A stretch of DNA of 64,000 bases from Aigarchaeota archaeon (GTDB lineage Archaea; Thermoproteota; Nitrososphaeria_A; Caldarchaeales; Calditenuaceae). The translations under genes and the position numbers were made by a program. Under the pieces are notes generated by a model. The model saw only the letters and a list, made by a program, of their open reading frames with translations, did no database searches and was not told where the DNA came from. This document shows, in pieces, positions 1-7,834 of this stretch. How positions within the stretch are numbered: the first letter of the stretch is position 1; every line of letters starts with the position of its first letter. The DNA is taken from contig JANXDH010000004.1 of NCBI GenBank assembly GCA_025059745.1, forward strand, positions 396,618 to 460,617, in the 5' to 3' direction.

Positions 1-109
1 TACAGGCTCTACCGCGAGAATGTCATTAACAGTGAGGGCTGAGCCGTTTCAGTCCTCGCTAGGTCACGACATCGGTTAAATACGTTCCTCGTGCTGGATA
101 GATCGTAAG

Positions 110-1123
110 TTGGAACAGGTCACCTACTCCTCTCCGGCCAAGATCATCCTCTTCGGCGAGCACTTCGTTGTCTACGGAGCGAAAGCGATCTCGTCCGCGA
201 TCAACCTGCGTAGTTTCGTCCGGGCCACGAGGACATACCGCCCTACTATCAGCATAAGATCGCGGAACCTCGGTTTGAGCGCTGAATGGACTCATGAGGG
301 CCTCGTCCACGAATCACCGCGAAACTCCTCGAGGAGACTCGCGCCTTTACACGAGGTGATAAAAGCGATAGTCCGCGATCGGAGATTGGGACTGAGTGTC
401 GAGGTGTGGAGCGATATACCGAGAGGCAGCGGGCTCGGTTCATCCGCCTCAGTCTCCGTCGCGCTAGCGGCCGCAACCTTGGGGACACTCGGTGCGGACG
501 TCAAGGTGAGCGACGTAATAGACTACGCGATGATAGCTGAGAGGATGATTCATTCCCGCCCCTCAGGTGTAGACGTCAACGTCGTAGCGCACGGGGGAAT
601 AGTGAGGTACGTGAGAGGGGGAGGGATTGATAGGCTCGAGGACGTGTCGTTGCCAAGCCTCCTCCTCGTTCACTCGGGGCTTCCGCGTAAGACTGGCGTC
701 ATGGTCGAGCGGGTAGCCAGATTCAAGGAGCAAAAGCCCTCGAAGTTCGCTGAGCTGATGGTGATGTATGAAGGATTAATCGAGGAGGCGGAGCGGGCGC
801 TCGTGGCCGGTGACTCAAAGAGGGTCGGAGAGCTCATGGTCGAGAACCACCACCTGCTGAGGGAGATAGGCGTTTCCAACCCCACTCTGGACTCGATGGT
901 CAAATTAGCACTGGAATCAGGCGCCCTCGGCGCCAAGTTGACCGGTGGCGGTGGAGGCGGGTTCGTAATATCGTTGGTTAACGAGGAGGTGCGAGACTCA
1001 GTAATGAGATCTCTCGCGAAGAAGTACCGAGTCCTTGAGACATCGGTCTCCAAGGACGGCCTGAGGCGTGAGCCCGATCAATCTCGACACGATAGGACTT
1101 CTCGCGCTCTCAGAGAAGGTTAA
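110..1123 (+). CDS. mvk: mevalonate kinase (GHMP kinase family)
   Basis: 337-aa ORF; N-terminal KIILFGEHFVVYG and GHMP ATP loop PRGSGLGSSASVSVA; TTG start about 30 nt after a TTAAATA box (75-81). Confidence 0.9.
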   Translation: MEQVTYSSPAKIILFGEHFVVYGAKAISSAINLRSFVRATRTYRPTISIRSRNLGLSAEWTHEGLVHESPRNSSRRLAPLHEVIKAIVRDRRLGLSVEVWSDIPRGSGLGSSASVSVALAAATLGTLGADVKVSDVIDYAMIAERMIHSRPSGVDVNVVAHGGIVRYVRGGGIDRLEDVSLPSLLLVHSGLPRKTGVMVERVARFKEQKPSKFAELMVMYEGLIEEAERALVAGDSKRVGELMVENHHLLREIGVSNPTLDSMVKLALESGALGAKLTGGGGGGFVISLVNEEVRDSVMRSLAKKYRVLETSVSKDGLRREPDQSRHDRTSRALREG

Positions 1124-1152
1124 AAGCTCGGAGGATCGATTCATCACCTGAC

Positions 1153-1241
1153 GCCCCGGTAGCTCAGCCGGTTAGAGCGCTGGCTTGGTAATCGACTGTC
1201 CAGAGAGCCAGAGGTCGCGGGTTCGATCCCCGCCCGGGGCT
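1153..1241 (+). tRNA. tRNA-Thr (anticodon GGU at 1187-1189) with 15-nt intron at 1191-1205
   Basis: Hand-folded cloverleaf: acceptor GCCCCGG/CCGGGGC, D arm GCTC-AGCCGGTTA-GAGC, anticodon stem CTGGC/GCCAG, T arm GCGGG-TTCGATC-CCCGC, discriminator T. The loop reads TTGGTA[intron]A. No encoded CCA. Confidence 0.85.
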
Positions 1242-1389
1242 CACAGACTATCTTGCTTGGAGCCGAGGTTTCTGATCAATTCGCCGTGGTCGCGCTCTCT
1301 GTACGGTGACACATATCTCTATAACTCAGTCTTAGAGCTATGTCGGAAGATAAGACTTAAAAACATCCGCTGTTTATGATTAGTTAGTT

Positions 1390-2355
1390 TTGACGAAAGT
1401 AAAATTCGGTTTCACAGTACCGAACAGGCTGCCGTTGTTTCACGACTACTCTGCTCTAGAGTTGGTGAACCTAGTAAAGAAGGTCGATGAGATGAACGGG
1501 TTTCACTCTACGTGGGTCGGCGACAACCTGCTCACGAAGCCCCGACTGGAGTCGATCTCAGTTCTCTCTGCCCTCGCGGTCTCAACTAAGAGACTGAAGC
1601 TAGGGACTGCCTGCATGGCGAGCTTTACCCTGAGGGACCCGATATTGCTGGCAACGCAATGGGCTACGCTGGACGTCCTCTCATCTGGCAGGACCATATT
1701 GGGCGTCTGTATCGGCGGCGCAATAGCTGGTGGTGAGATATCTGCAGAGAAGGAGTTCCTCGCGTTCGGCAGACAGATCAAGCACCGGGTCAGCCTCATG
1801 ACGGAGGGAGTAGAGGTCTTGAGGAAGTTATGGACGGGAGAACCGGTCAGCTACGAGGGGAAGCACTACAGGCTCGACAGGATAAGGGTTCTCCCCAAAC
1901 CCGTCCAGAATCCAGTACCGATCTGGGTGGCCGTAACGCCCAGGCCTGAGACCGCTGAGACCACGAACCGAAGGGTCGCAAAGTACTTCGACGGTTGGAT
2001 GACGACGAAGGTCTACCCGCCGCAGTTCGCGGAGCACTGGGACGCGATAAGAAGGTACGCCTCCGAGTACAACAGGAGGATAGAGGAGAACCTTCTCTAC
2101 TACAACCTCAACATCAACGACAACAGGGAGGCCGCGTTCAGGGAGGCGAAGACCTTCTTGGACGGGTACTACATGATGGACTTCAGCAAGCCTGGCATCG
2201 ATATCTGGTCCGCGTACGGTCCGCCTCATGAGTGCATAAAGAGGCTCGACGAGTACGTCAGCGCGGGCGCCAAGGGAATAACGATAAGGTTCGCATCCTT
2301 CGACCAGCTTGGCCAGCTCAGGCGCTTCGAGAGGGAGGTGCTGCCCTCCTTCTAG
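1390..2355 (+). CDS. luciferase-like (LLM class) flavin/F420-dependent oxidoreductase
   Basis: 321-aa ORF with LLM-like N-terminus (FGFTVPN...STWVGDNLL...LKLGTA); TTG start about 30 nt after CTTAAAAAC. Confidence 0.7.
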   Translation: MTKVKFGFTVPNRLPLFHDYSALELVNLVKKVDEMNGFHSTWVGDNLLTKPRLESISVLSALAVSTKRLKLGTACMASFTLRDPILLATQWATLDVLSSGRTILGVCIGGAIAGGEISAEKEFLAFGRQIKHRVSLMTEGVEVLRKLWTGEPVSYEGKHYRLDRIRVLPKPVQNPVPIWVAVTPRPETAETTNRRVAKYFDGWMTTKVYPPQFAEHWDAIRRYASEYNRRIEENLLYYNLNINDNREAAFREAKTFLDGYYMMDFSKPGIDIWSAYGPPHECIKRLDEYVSAGAKGITIRFASFDQLGQLRRFEREVLPSF

Positions 2356-2367
2356 GGGGGTTCTACC

Positions 2368-3507
2368 GTGAAGGCCCTCATAACCGCCGACGAGATAAGG
2401 GGTCGTGTCTTAAGAGCTCAGCGGGAGATCAAGGAGAGGGGTCTAGATGCACTCGTGGCTTTCTCTGGGTATCAGGAGAAGGAGGGGAACGTCTGTTACC
2501 TGACGGGACATCACAGCGCCTTCCCGCCATCGGCTAACGACGAGAGGATGTTCGGACTGGGCTACACCGCGGTCCTACTCACCCAAGAGAGAGGCCCCGT
2601 ACTCTTCACAATGAACGCTCCGTCCGCGGACGAGGAGGTCTACATAGAGGGCTGTGTCCCCGGCCAGAACCTCGTCTCCAACCTACTGACGAAGGTTAAG
2701 GAGTATCGGTTGGATCGAGGGAGTATCGGGATCGCCGGCACGGACGTCGTGCCCCAGATGATCTACGACAAGTTCGTCTCTGGGTTACCAGAGGCCAGGA
2801 TCGTACCTGCGGACGAGATAATAACTCGGATGAGGATGGTCAAGAGCCCGGGGGAGATAGAGGTCATGAAGGTAGGAGCTCAGATAGCGGACGAGGGGTT
2901 CAAGACGGCCTTCGAGGTCGCGAGGGTCGGTCTCAAGGAGCGTGAGGTGGCCTCTCAGGTGATCAAGACCTGTATGGAGGCTGGCGCTGACTGGATCGCG
3001 AGGGTGAGGATATACTCTGGTGTCCCGGGCGCCCAGAGGTGGCCTCTCGCGACCGACAGGAGGATAGCGAGCGGCGACATAGTCGGTATGGACCTCGTCG
3101 GGTGGTACGGCAACTACGCCTTCGACGTGCTCAGGTTCTGGACCATCGGGTCTCCCACAGCCGCTCAGAGGGACCTCCTCGAGTCCGCGGTGAAACTGAC
3201 CGAGGCCGGCGTAGAGGCCGTGAGGGTCGGCTCCTCAGGCGATGAGGTTAGCGTGAAGATCGTATCGAGGGCGAGGGAGCTCGGCATCGAGTCTCAGGCC
3301 AGGCCCTGGGGGCACGCGATAGGCATAGAGGTGGTGGAGCTGCCCTACATGGTACCTAAGAGCTCCGAACCTCTAAGGGAGGGGATGGTCTTCTGCGTCG
3401 AGCCCATAGTCTCCTCGCACCTCGGGAGGGTCAGCTTCGAGGACGAGCTCGTGGTGAGGTCGGGGGGGCCGGAGGTCATCTCCAAGTTCCCGAAGGTACT
3501 CTGGTGA
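2368..3507 (+). CDS. M24 family Xaa-Pro peptidase / aminopeptidase P-like
   Basis: 379-aa ORF; creatinase-like N-domain plus pita-bread metal motifs (DLVGWYGNYAFDVLR, HAIGIEVVELP, FCVEP). Confidence 0.8.
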   Translation: MKALITADEIRGRVLRAQREIKERGLDALVAFSGYQEKEGNVCYLTGHHSAFPPSANDERMFGLGYTAVLLTQERGPVLFTMNAPSADEEVYIEGCVPGQNLVSNLLTKVKEYRLDRGSIGIAGTDVVPQMIYDKFVSGLPEARIVPADEIITRMRMVKSPGEIEVMKVGAQIADEGFKTAFEVARVGLKEREVASQVIKTCMEAGADWIARVRIYSGVPGAQRWPLATDRRIASGDIVGMDLVGWYGNYAFDVLRFWTIGSPTAAQRDLLESAVKLTEAGVEAVRVGSSGDEVSVKIVSRARELGIESQARPWGHAIGIEVVELPYMVPKSSEPLREGMVFCVEPIVSSHLGRVSFEDELVVRSGGPEVISKFPKVLW

Positions 3508-3679
3508 AGAGTCGGCCTATCGTTGCTATAGCCTGAGGCAATCGGGTTTTATCATCACGAGTCGTTGGCCCCTCAACATCGGTTTAAACTTTCCCAAGAT
3601 AGTTGAGCCGACCTCACTCAATTGGTCACAATTACACGTCTCCTTCTAGGCGAGATAATCGTCTTGAGGAATATGCACC

Positions 3680-4171
3680 GTGTTAACAGAACGATTAATA
3701 AAGTTACCCGTAGATAATTTACGAGAGGGGCGACCGAGGTTGGCCTTCATAGCAGACGTCCTCTACTCGTGGGTGAGGGAGAACTCAGAGCGGCTCTCGA
3801 GGGATCTTAGGGGCGACGACAGGTCACTCCTAAAGGAGTTCAAGGAGATGGTTTGCGGCATGTGGATAACTACGAACTTCGAGGGATCGATCGAGGGCGT
3901 TAGAGTTGCAGCGGTCGACGGAGGGCTGATGAAGTTCAGGCTGGATAACGGAGGGTCGTTGATCCTCGCCTCCGCGTATGGCGTGGGAGAGGGAGTCGAG
4001 GAGCGCGAGTCCATGTGCAAGGTAATCTACCCGCCATACCAGAAATACGCGCAACTATTCATGAAGTCGCTCGAGCTGAGCGTCGCTAGGAAGTTAATCG
4101 GAGAGCTCTCCGGTGGAGGGGTGCTACTTCTGGACGGCTCGCTCTACGGGCTATTATCAACGCCCCCCTGA
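3680..4171 (+). CDS. nurA: NurA 5'-3' nuclease, N-terminal fragment; frame ends at TGA right after a C6 tract
   Basis: 163 aa with NurA catalytic motifs AAVDGG and LLLDGSL; immediately upstream of herA-mre11-rad50. Confidence 0.75.
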   Translation: MLTERLIKLPVDNLREGRPRLAFIADVLYSWVRENSERLSRDLRGDDRSLLKEFKEMVCGMWITTNFEGSIEGVRVAAVDGGLMKFRLDNGGSLILASAYGVGEGVEERESMCKVIYPPYQKYAQLFMKSLELSVARKLIGELSGGGVLLLDGSLYGLLSTPP

Positions 4172-4200
4172 CTCCCTATGAGGCACCACAGGGATATGGT

Positions 4201-5052
4201 GTGCTCTTAAAGGACTTCTACGTAAAGCTGGGAGCCCTCATCGATGACGCTAGGAAACGCGATGTAAAACTGATCTCCCTCGCTAAAGACAGCTCATCGT
4301 CGTTTCTGAGGGACTACTGCCTCTACAAGATGCACAGGGAAGAGGCGAGGAGGCTGAAGGCGCTACACCTGCTGGAACCTAAAGAATTGGAGACGGTGGA
4401 GACGCTCCTATACCGTATCTTTAGAACTCCAGTCGAAGCCGCGAGGACCGCCAAGAACCTGAAAGCGAGGTACGGACAGATACTAGAGAGGCTCGAAATG
4501 ATAGCAGGCGAGGGGCTCTCCAAGACGACCGACCTCATGATACTGAAGGGGTGCAGCTCAAGCATCGGTTACACCAAACCCATGCTCCTCGGCCCATCCT
4601 CTAGATTACTCGACCTCTACAAATCAGCGATGGTCGACATCGAGGAGTATACCATGGGAAAACTTCTACTGCCGTCCGAGATGGCAGAGGAGGTCTCCGA
4701 GGCTTTAGAGAGTATATCGTCTCTACCGGCGGTCGCCTCATCTTACGTGAGGTTTGATGTGCGCGACTATCCCCTGAGGATCGATATACCTGCGAACTCA
4801 CTCGGGATAGATAGGCGGTTCTTTGACGTGAGGATCCAAGAGCCACTGGAGGAGGACAGCGAGTTCAGGAAGCTACTCGTAATCCTGAGGTCATTGTACG
4901 CGAGTAAGGAGGTCCACAACGTCTGGATCCACGAGGCCGACAGGAGGGCCCGGTTCAGGAGGAGGGAGGCCTCGGCCCTCCTCGAGATACTGGACAAGGA
5001 AATCGGGCCGATCGAGCTATCGAGGAGGGGCATGCCCGAGCCTCCTGAGTGA
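4201..5052 (+). CDS. nurA: NurA nuclease, C-terminal fragment (this frame is open from 4090; continuation of the previous ORF after a -1 shift)
   Basis: 283 aa. The two fragments together give about 455 aa, similar to long archaeal NurA. 4-nt overlap with the herA start. Confidence 0.7.
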   Translation: MLLKDFYVKLGALIDDARKRDVKLISLAKDSSSSFLRDYCLYKMHREEARRLKALHLLEPKELETVETLLYRIFRTPVEAARTAKNLKARYGQILERLEMIAGEGLSKTTDLMILKGCSSSIGYTKPMLLGPSSRLLDLYKSAMVDIEEYTMGKLLLPSEMAEEVSEALESISSLPAVASSYVRFDVRDYPLRIDIPANSLGIDRRFFDVRIQEPLEEDSEFRKLLVILRSLYASKEVHNVWIHEADRRARFRRREASALLEILDKEIGPIELSRRGMPEPPE

Positions 5053-6695
5053 AAAAGCTTTTAGATCGGCGACCGCTGTACTTTAAAAGAATGGACCTCC
5101 GGATAAGCCATTACGTCAACACTCTCGAGGAGGTCGGCATAGTTGTCGGCGAGAGCAATCCATCGTCTTTCATCTTCTCGGTCCATCCACACGTCTCTGA
5201 TAGAGTTCTGCGTTGGGAATACGTCGTGGCTCCAGCAGGGTACGGACTCATCGTGGGACAGGTCCGCGAGGTAACCACCCTCAGCATCCTGCTCAAGAGG
5301 GATGTAGACTACGAGGTGTTGCTGCGCCTCTCGGAGAAGATCACCGAGGAGTGCAAGCATTGGAGGCGCGCTCAGGTGCTGGTACACGTCGAGGACCCTG
5401 CGAGACCAGAGGTCTCGGGGTACACGCGCGTCAGATATGCTATCACTCCGGGCACTCGCGTCTACCTCGCGCCCAGCGGTCTACTCTCAAGAATCTACTC
5501 GGGTGCCGGAAAGGCGTTGAGGGTGGGGCACCTGACTACTAGACCGGACGTTGAGATCGCGCTCTCTGCGTCTGGGTTCAGGAGGCACCTAGCCATAATT
5601 GCCCAGACTGGTGCGGGAAAGAGCTACCTCACGGGGGTCCTCTTGGAGGAGCTGCTGGAGAAGGGGGCCACGATAGTCGTCCTGGACCCACACGGAGACT
5701 ACGTTAGACTATCGAGCCGTAGTGATCATTGGACGACCCAGCTCGCGAGAAGGGTCTATGTGTACCGGGTCTTGGATAACGTGGGGAGGTACGCCGACGT
5801 CGAGAACGTGAGGCGGCTCTCGGTCAACATTCAGGACCTTAAGTTGGAAGAGATATTCTACATTTCCGGGATAAGGGAGAAATTCGTGCAAATCAAGTCT
5901 CTCGTATCTGAAGTTATTAAAGACTTGAAGCTGAGAGGCAGGTTCTCGATCAGGGAGGTAATTGAGGAGCTTGAACGGGCCTCTGAGGACGTTGAGAATA
6001 AAGAACGGAGAAAAATTGCCATTAGGGCGTTACCTTACCTTGACAAACTTCAGTACCTTTCAGTCCTAGGGGATACTACTACTAATTTTAGAGAGTTTTT
6101 GGCACCTAAACGCCTTTCAGTAATAGATCTTTCGGGGCTAAGTGATAGAGAGTCAGAACTCATAGCATACTTGATTCTAAAAGAGATTTTCAGGATTAAG
6201 ACGGCACCTGAAGATAAAGGATACCGGTACCCGGTCTTCATATTCATCGAGGAGGCTCATCGCTTTTTACCCCCAGCATTGTCGGGAGAGATCATCAAGC
6301 GAATAGCCGCCGAGGGGAGAAAGTTCGGCGCCTTCCTGACGTTGATCACCCATAGGCCGTCAAAGGTTCACCCGGACGTGCTCAGTCAGTGCAACAGCCA
6401 GATCATCATGAGGATAACCAACCCCTCGGACCAACAGGCCGTCCTCGAGGCCTCCGAGAGGCTCGGCAAAGAGCTACTCGAGGAGTTGCCGAGTCTGGGT
6501 ACGGGTGAGGCCGTCGTCGTCGGCGAGGTGATAAACATCCCGGCTGTGATCATGGTACGAAGGCGGAGGAGCCGCGAGGGCGGAATGGACGTTGACGTCG
6601 ATCGTCTACTGGACGAGGCTCTGGAGAGCGCTGAGAGGGAGGAAAGGGCAGATCGCGATTTGGATGAGTTCAGGAGATGGGTTAGGCCCTCATGA
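5049..6695 (+). CDS. herA: HerA hexameric DNA helicase/translocase (FtsK-HerA superfamily)
   Basis: 548 aa; Walker A AQTGAGKSY, Walker B FIFIEEAHRF, N-terminal HAS-barrel-like region; operon context. Confidence 0.9.
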   Translation: MKKLLDRRPLYFKRMDLRISHYVNTLEEVGIVVGESNPSSFIFSVHPHVSDRVLRWEYVVAPAGYGLIVGQVREVTTLSILLKRDVDYEVLLRLSEKITEECKHWRRAQVLVHVEDPARPEVSGYTRVRYAITPGTRVYLAPSGLLSRIYSGAGKALRVGHLTTRPDVEIALSASGFRRHLAIIAQTGAGKSYLTGVLLEELLEKGATIVVLDPHGDYVRLSSRSDHWTTQLARRVYVYRVLDNVGRYADVENVRRLSVNIQDLKLEEIFYISGIREKFVQIKSLVSEVIKDLKLRGRFSIREVIEELERASEDVENKERRKIAIRALPYLDKLQYLSVLGDTTTNFREFLAPKRLSVIDLSGLSDRESELIAYLILKEIFRIKTAPEDKGYRYPVFIFIEEAHRFLPPALSGEIIKRIAAEGRKFGAFLTLITHRPSKVHPDVLSQCNSQIIMRITNPSDQQAVLEASERLGKELLEELPSLGTGEAVVVGEVINIPAVIMVRRRRSREGGMDVDVDRLLDEALESAEREERADRDLDEFRRWVRPS

Positions 6696-7834
6696 CCCTC
6701 ATAGCACACATGGCGGATATACACCTGGGATACAGACAGTATCAGTTACTTGACCGAGAGATAGACGTATACGAGGCGTTCACCGAGGCCATCGATAAGA
6801 TCCTGGAAGAGCACGCAAAGGCCGTCCTGATCTCAGGGGACACCTTTCACACCTCTCTTCCCCCTATCAGGGCGCTGTGGCACGCAAAAGATTGTTTCGG
6901 TAAGCTTGGCGAACGAGGTATCAAGTCGTTCTACGTCTTGGGTGATCACGACGCACCGAGGAGGATAGGTCAATGGAGTCCTCTGGATCTCTTTAGAGAC
7001 CAACACCTGATACACGTGAATGAGACGAGCGTGAGAGTCGAACTCGACGGGCGAAACTTCCTAATAGCGGGCATAGATAAGCCCCCCGTCACCGCTACAG
7101 ACAAAGCGCGTGAGGTACTCGACCACCTCTCAAAGACCTCGTACAACGACGGCAGCACGAGGATCTTGGTCGCTCACGTACCGCAGCGATTTGGACGGGA
7201 CGAACTGAGCCTAGACGATCTACCGACGAACTTCGCATATTACGCGCTCGGTCACGAGCACTCCAGGACGATCATCAAGAGAGGTGCGGGGGTGGCTGCG
7301 TACCCGGGATCCATAGAGATATTCAGTAGAGACGAGGCCGTGAGTTGGAAGCGAGAAGGCAAAGGGTTCTACTTGGTCGACTTCTCGGGCTCAGAGCCGT
7401 CGATTCAAAGAGTAGACTTGGACTCGATAAGGCCTCAGGAGGTCATCGACGTCTCCCTCTCTGAGCCCCACGACAGGATATCTGAGCTGATCGTGAACCG
7501 GAATAAGAGACCCATACTCCACCTAAACATAAGAGACCATACGGTCGATCAAAGAAAGGTCCTTGAGTTAGTTGAGGAACTTCGGAGGATGGGGTGCCTT
7601 GACGTCCGGTATAGAACGGTGCCGCCGGCCGGATCGATGGACAGCGCTTCGATCACCCATTTCGACTTCTCACGCTTCAAAGTGGAGGAGCTCATCAAGA
7701 GTTGTGTATCCGAGATGGGTCTGTCAGAGGACGAAGCGAACCTTGCTCTACAGCTCTATAAGGTCTTCCACACGTCCGGGGAGGAGGGGTTGAGGGAACT
7801 GATGAGGAGGCGCATTGAAGTAGAGGGCGCATGA
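6692..7834 (+). CDS. mre11: Mre11 double-strand-break repair nuclease
   Basis: 380 aa; phosphoesterase motifs DIHLG, GDTFH, GDHD (variant of GNHD), VAH, GHEH, YPGS; 4-nt overlaps with herA and rad50. Confidence 0.9.
   Translation: MTLIAHMADIHLGYRQYQLLDREIDVYEAFTEAIDKILEEHAKAVLISGDTFHTSLPPIRALWHAKDCFGKLGERGIKSFYVLGDHDAPRRIGQWSPLDLFRDQHLIHVNETSVRVELDGRNFLIAGIDKPPVTATDKAREVLDHLSKTSYNDGSTRILVAHVPQRFGRDELSLDDLPTNFAYYALGHEHSRTIIKRGAGVAAYPGSIEIFSRDEAVSWKREGKGFYLVDFSGSEPSIQRVDLDSIRPQEVIDVSLSEPHDRISELIVNRNKRPILHLNIRDHTVDQRKVLELVEELRRMGCLDVRYRTVPPAGSMDSASITHFDFSRFKVEELIKSCVSEMGLSEDEANLALQLYKVFHTSGEEGLRELMRRRIEVEGA

Noticed and set aside
1-42. Possible 3' end of a plus-strand CDS (..YRLYRENVINSEG-stop)
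   Set aside because: Only 13 codons are visible, so it cannot be identified or distinguished from non-coding sequence.
1185-1379. 64-aa ORF overlapping tRNA-Thr, and a 65-aa ORF (10317-10514) overlapping tRNA-Lys
   Set aside because: They read through structured tRNA genes and have no coding features; the tRNA folds are far better supported.
3552-3558. GTGATGA (C-box-like, minus strand) in the 172-nt gap upstream of nurA, considered as a box C/D sRNA
   Set aside because: No CUGA D or D' box within 70 nt downstream on that strand and no terminal stem. A nearby imperfect hairpin (3515-3535) is too weak to call.
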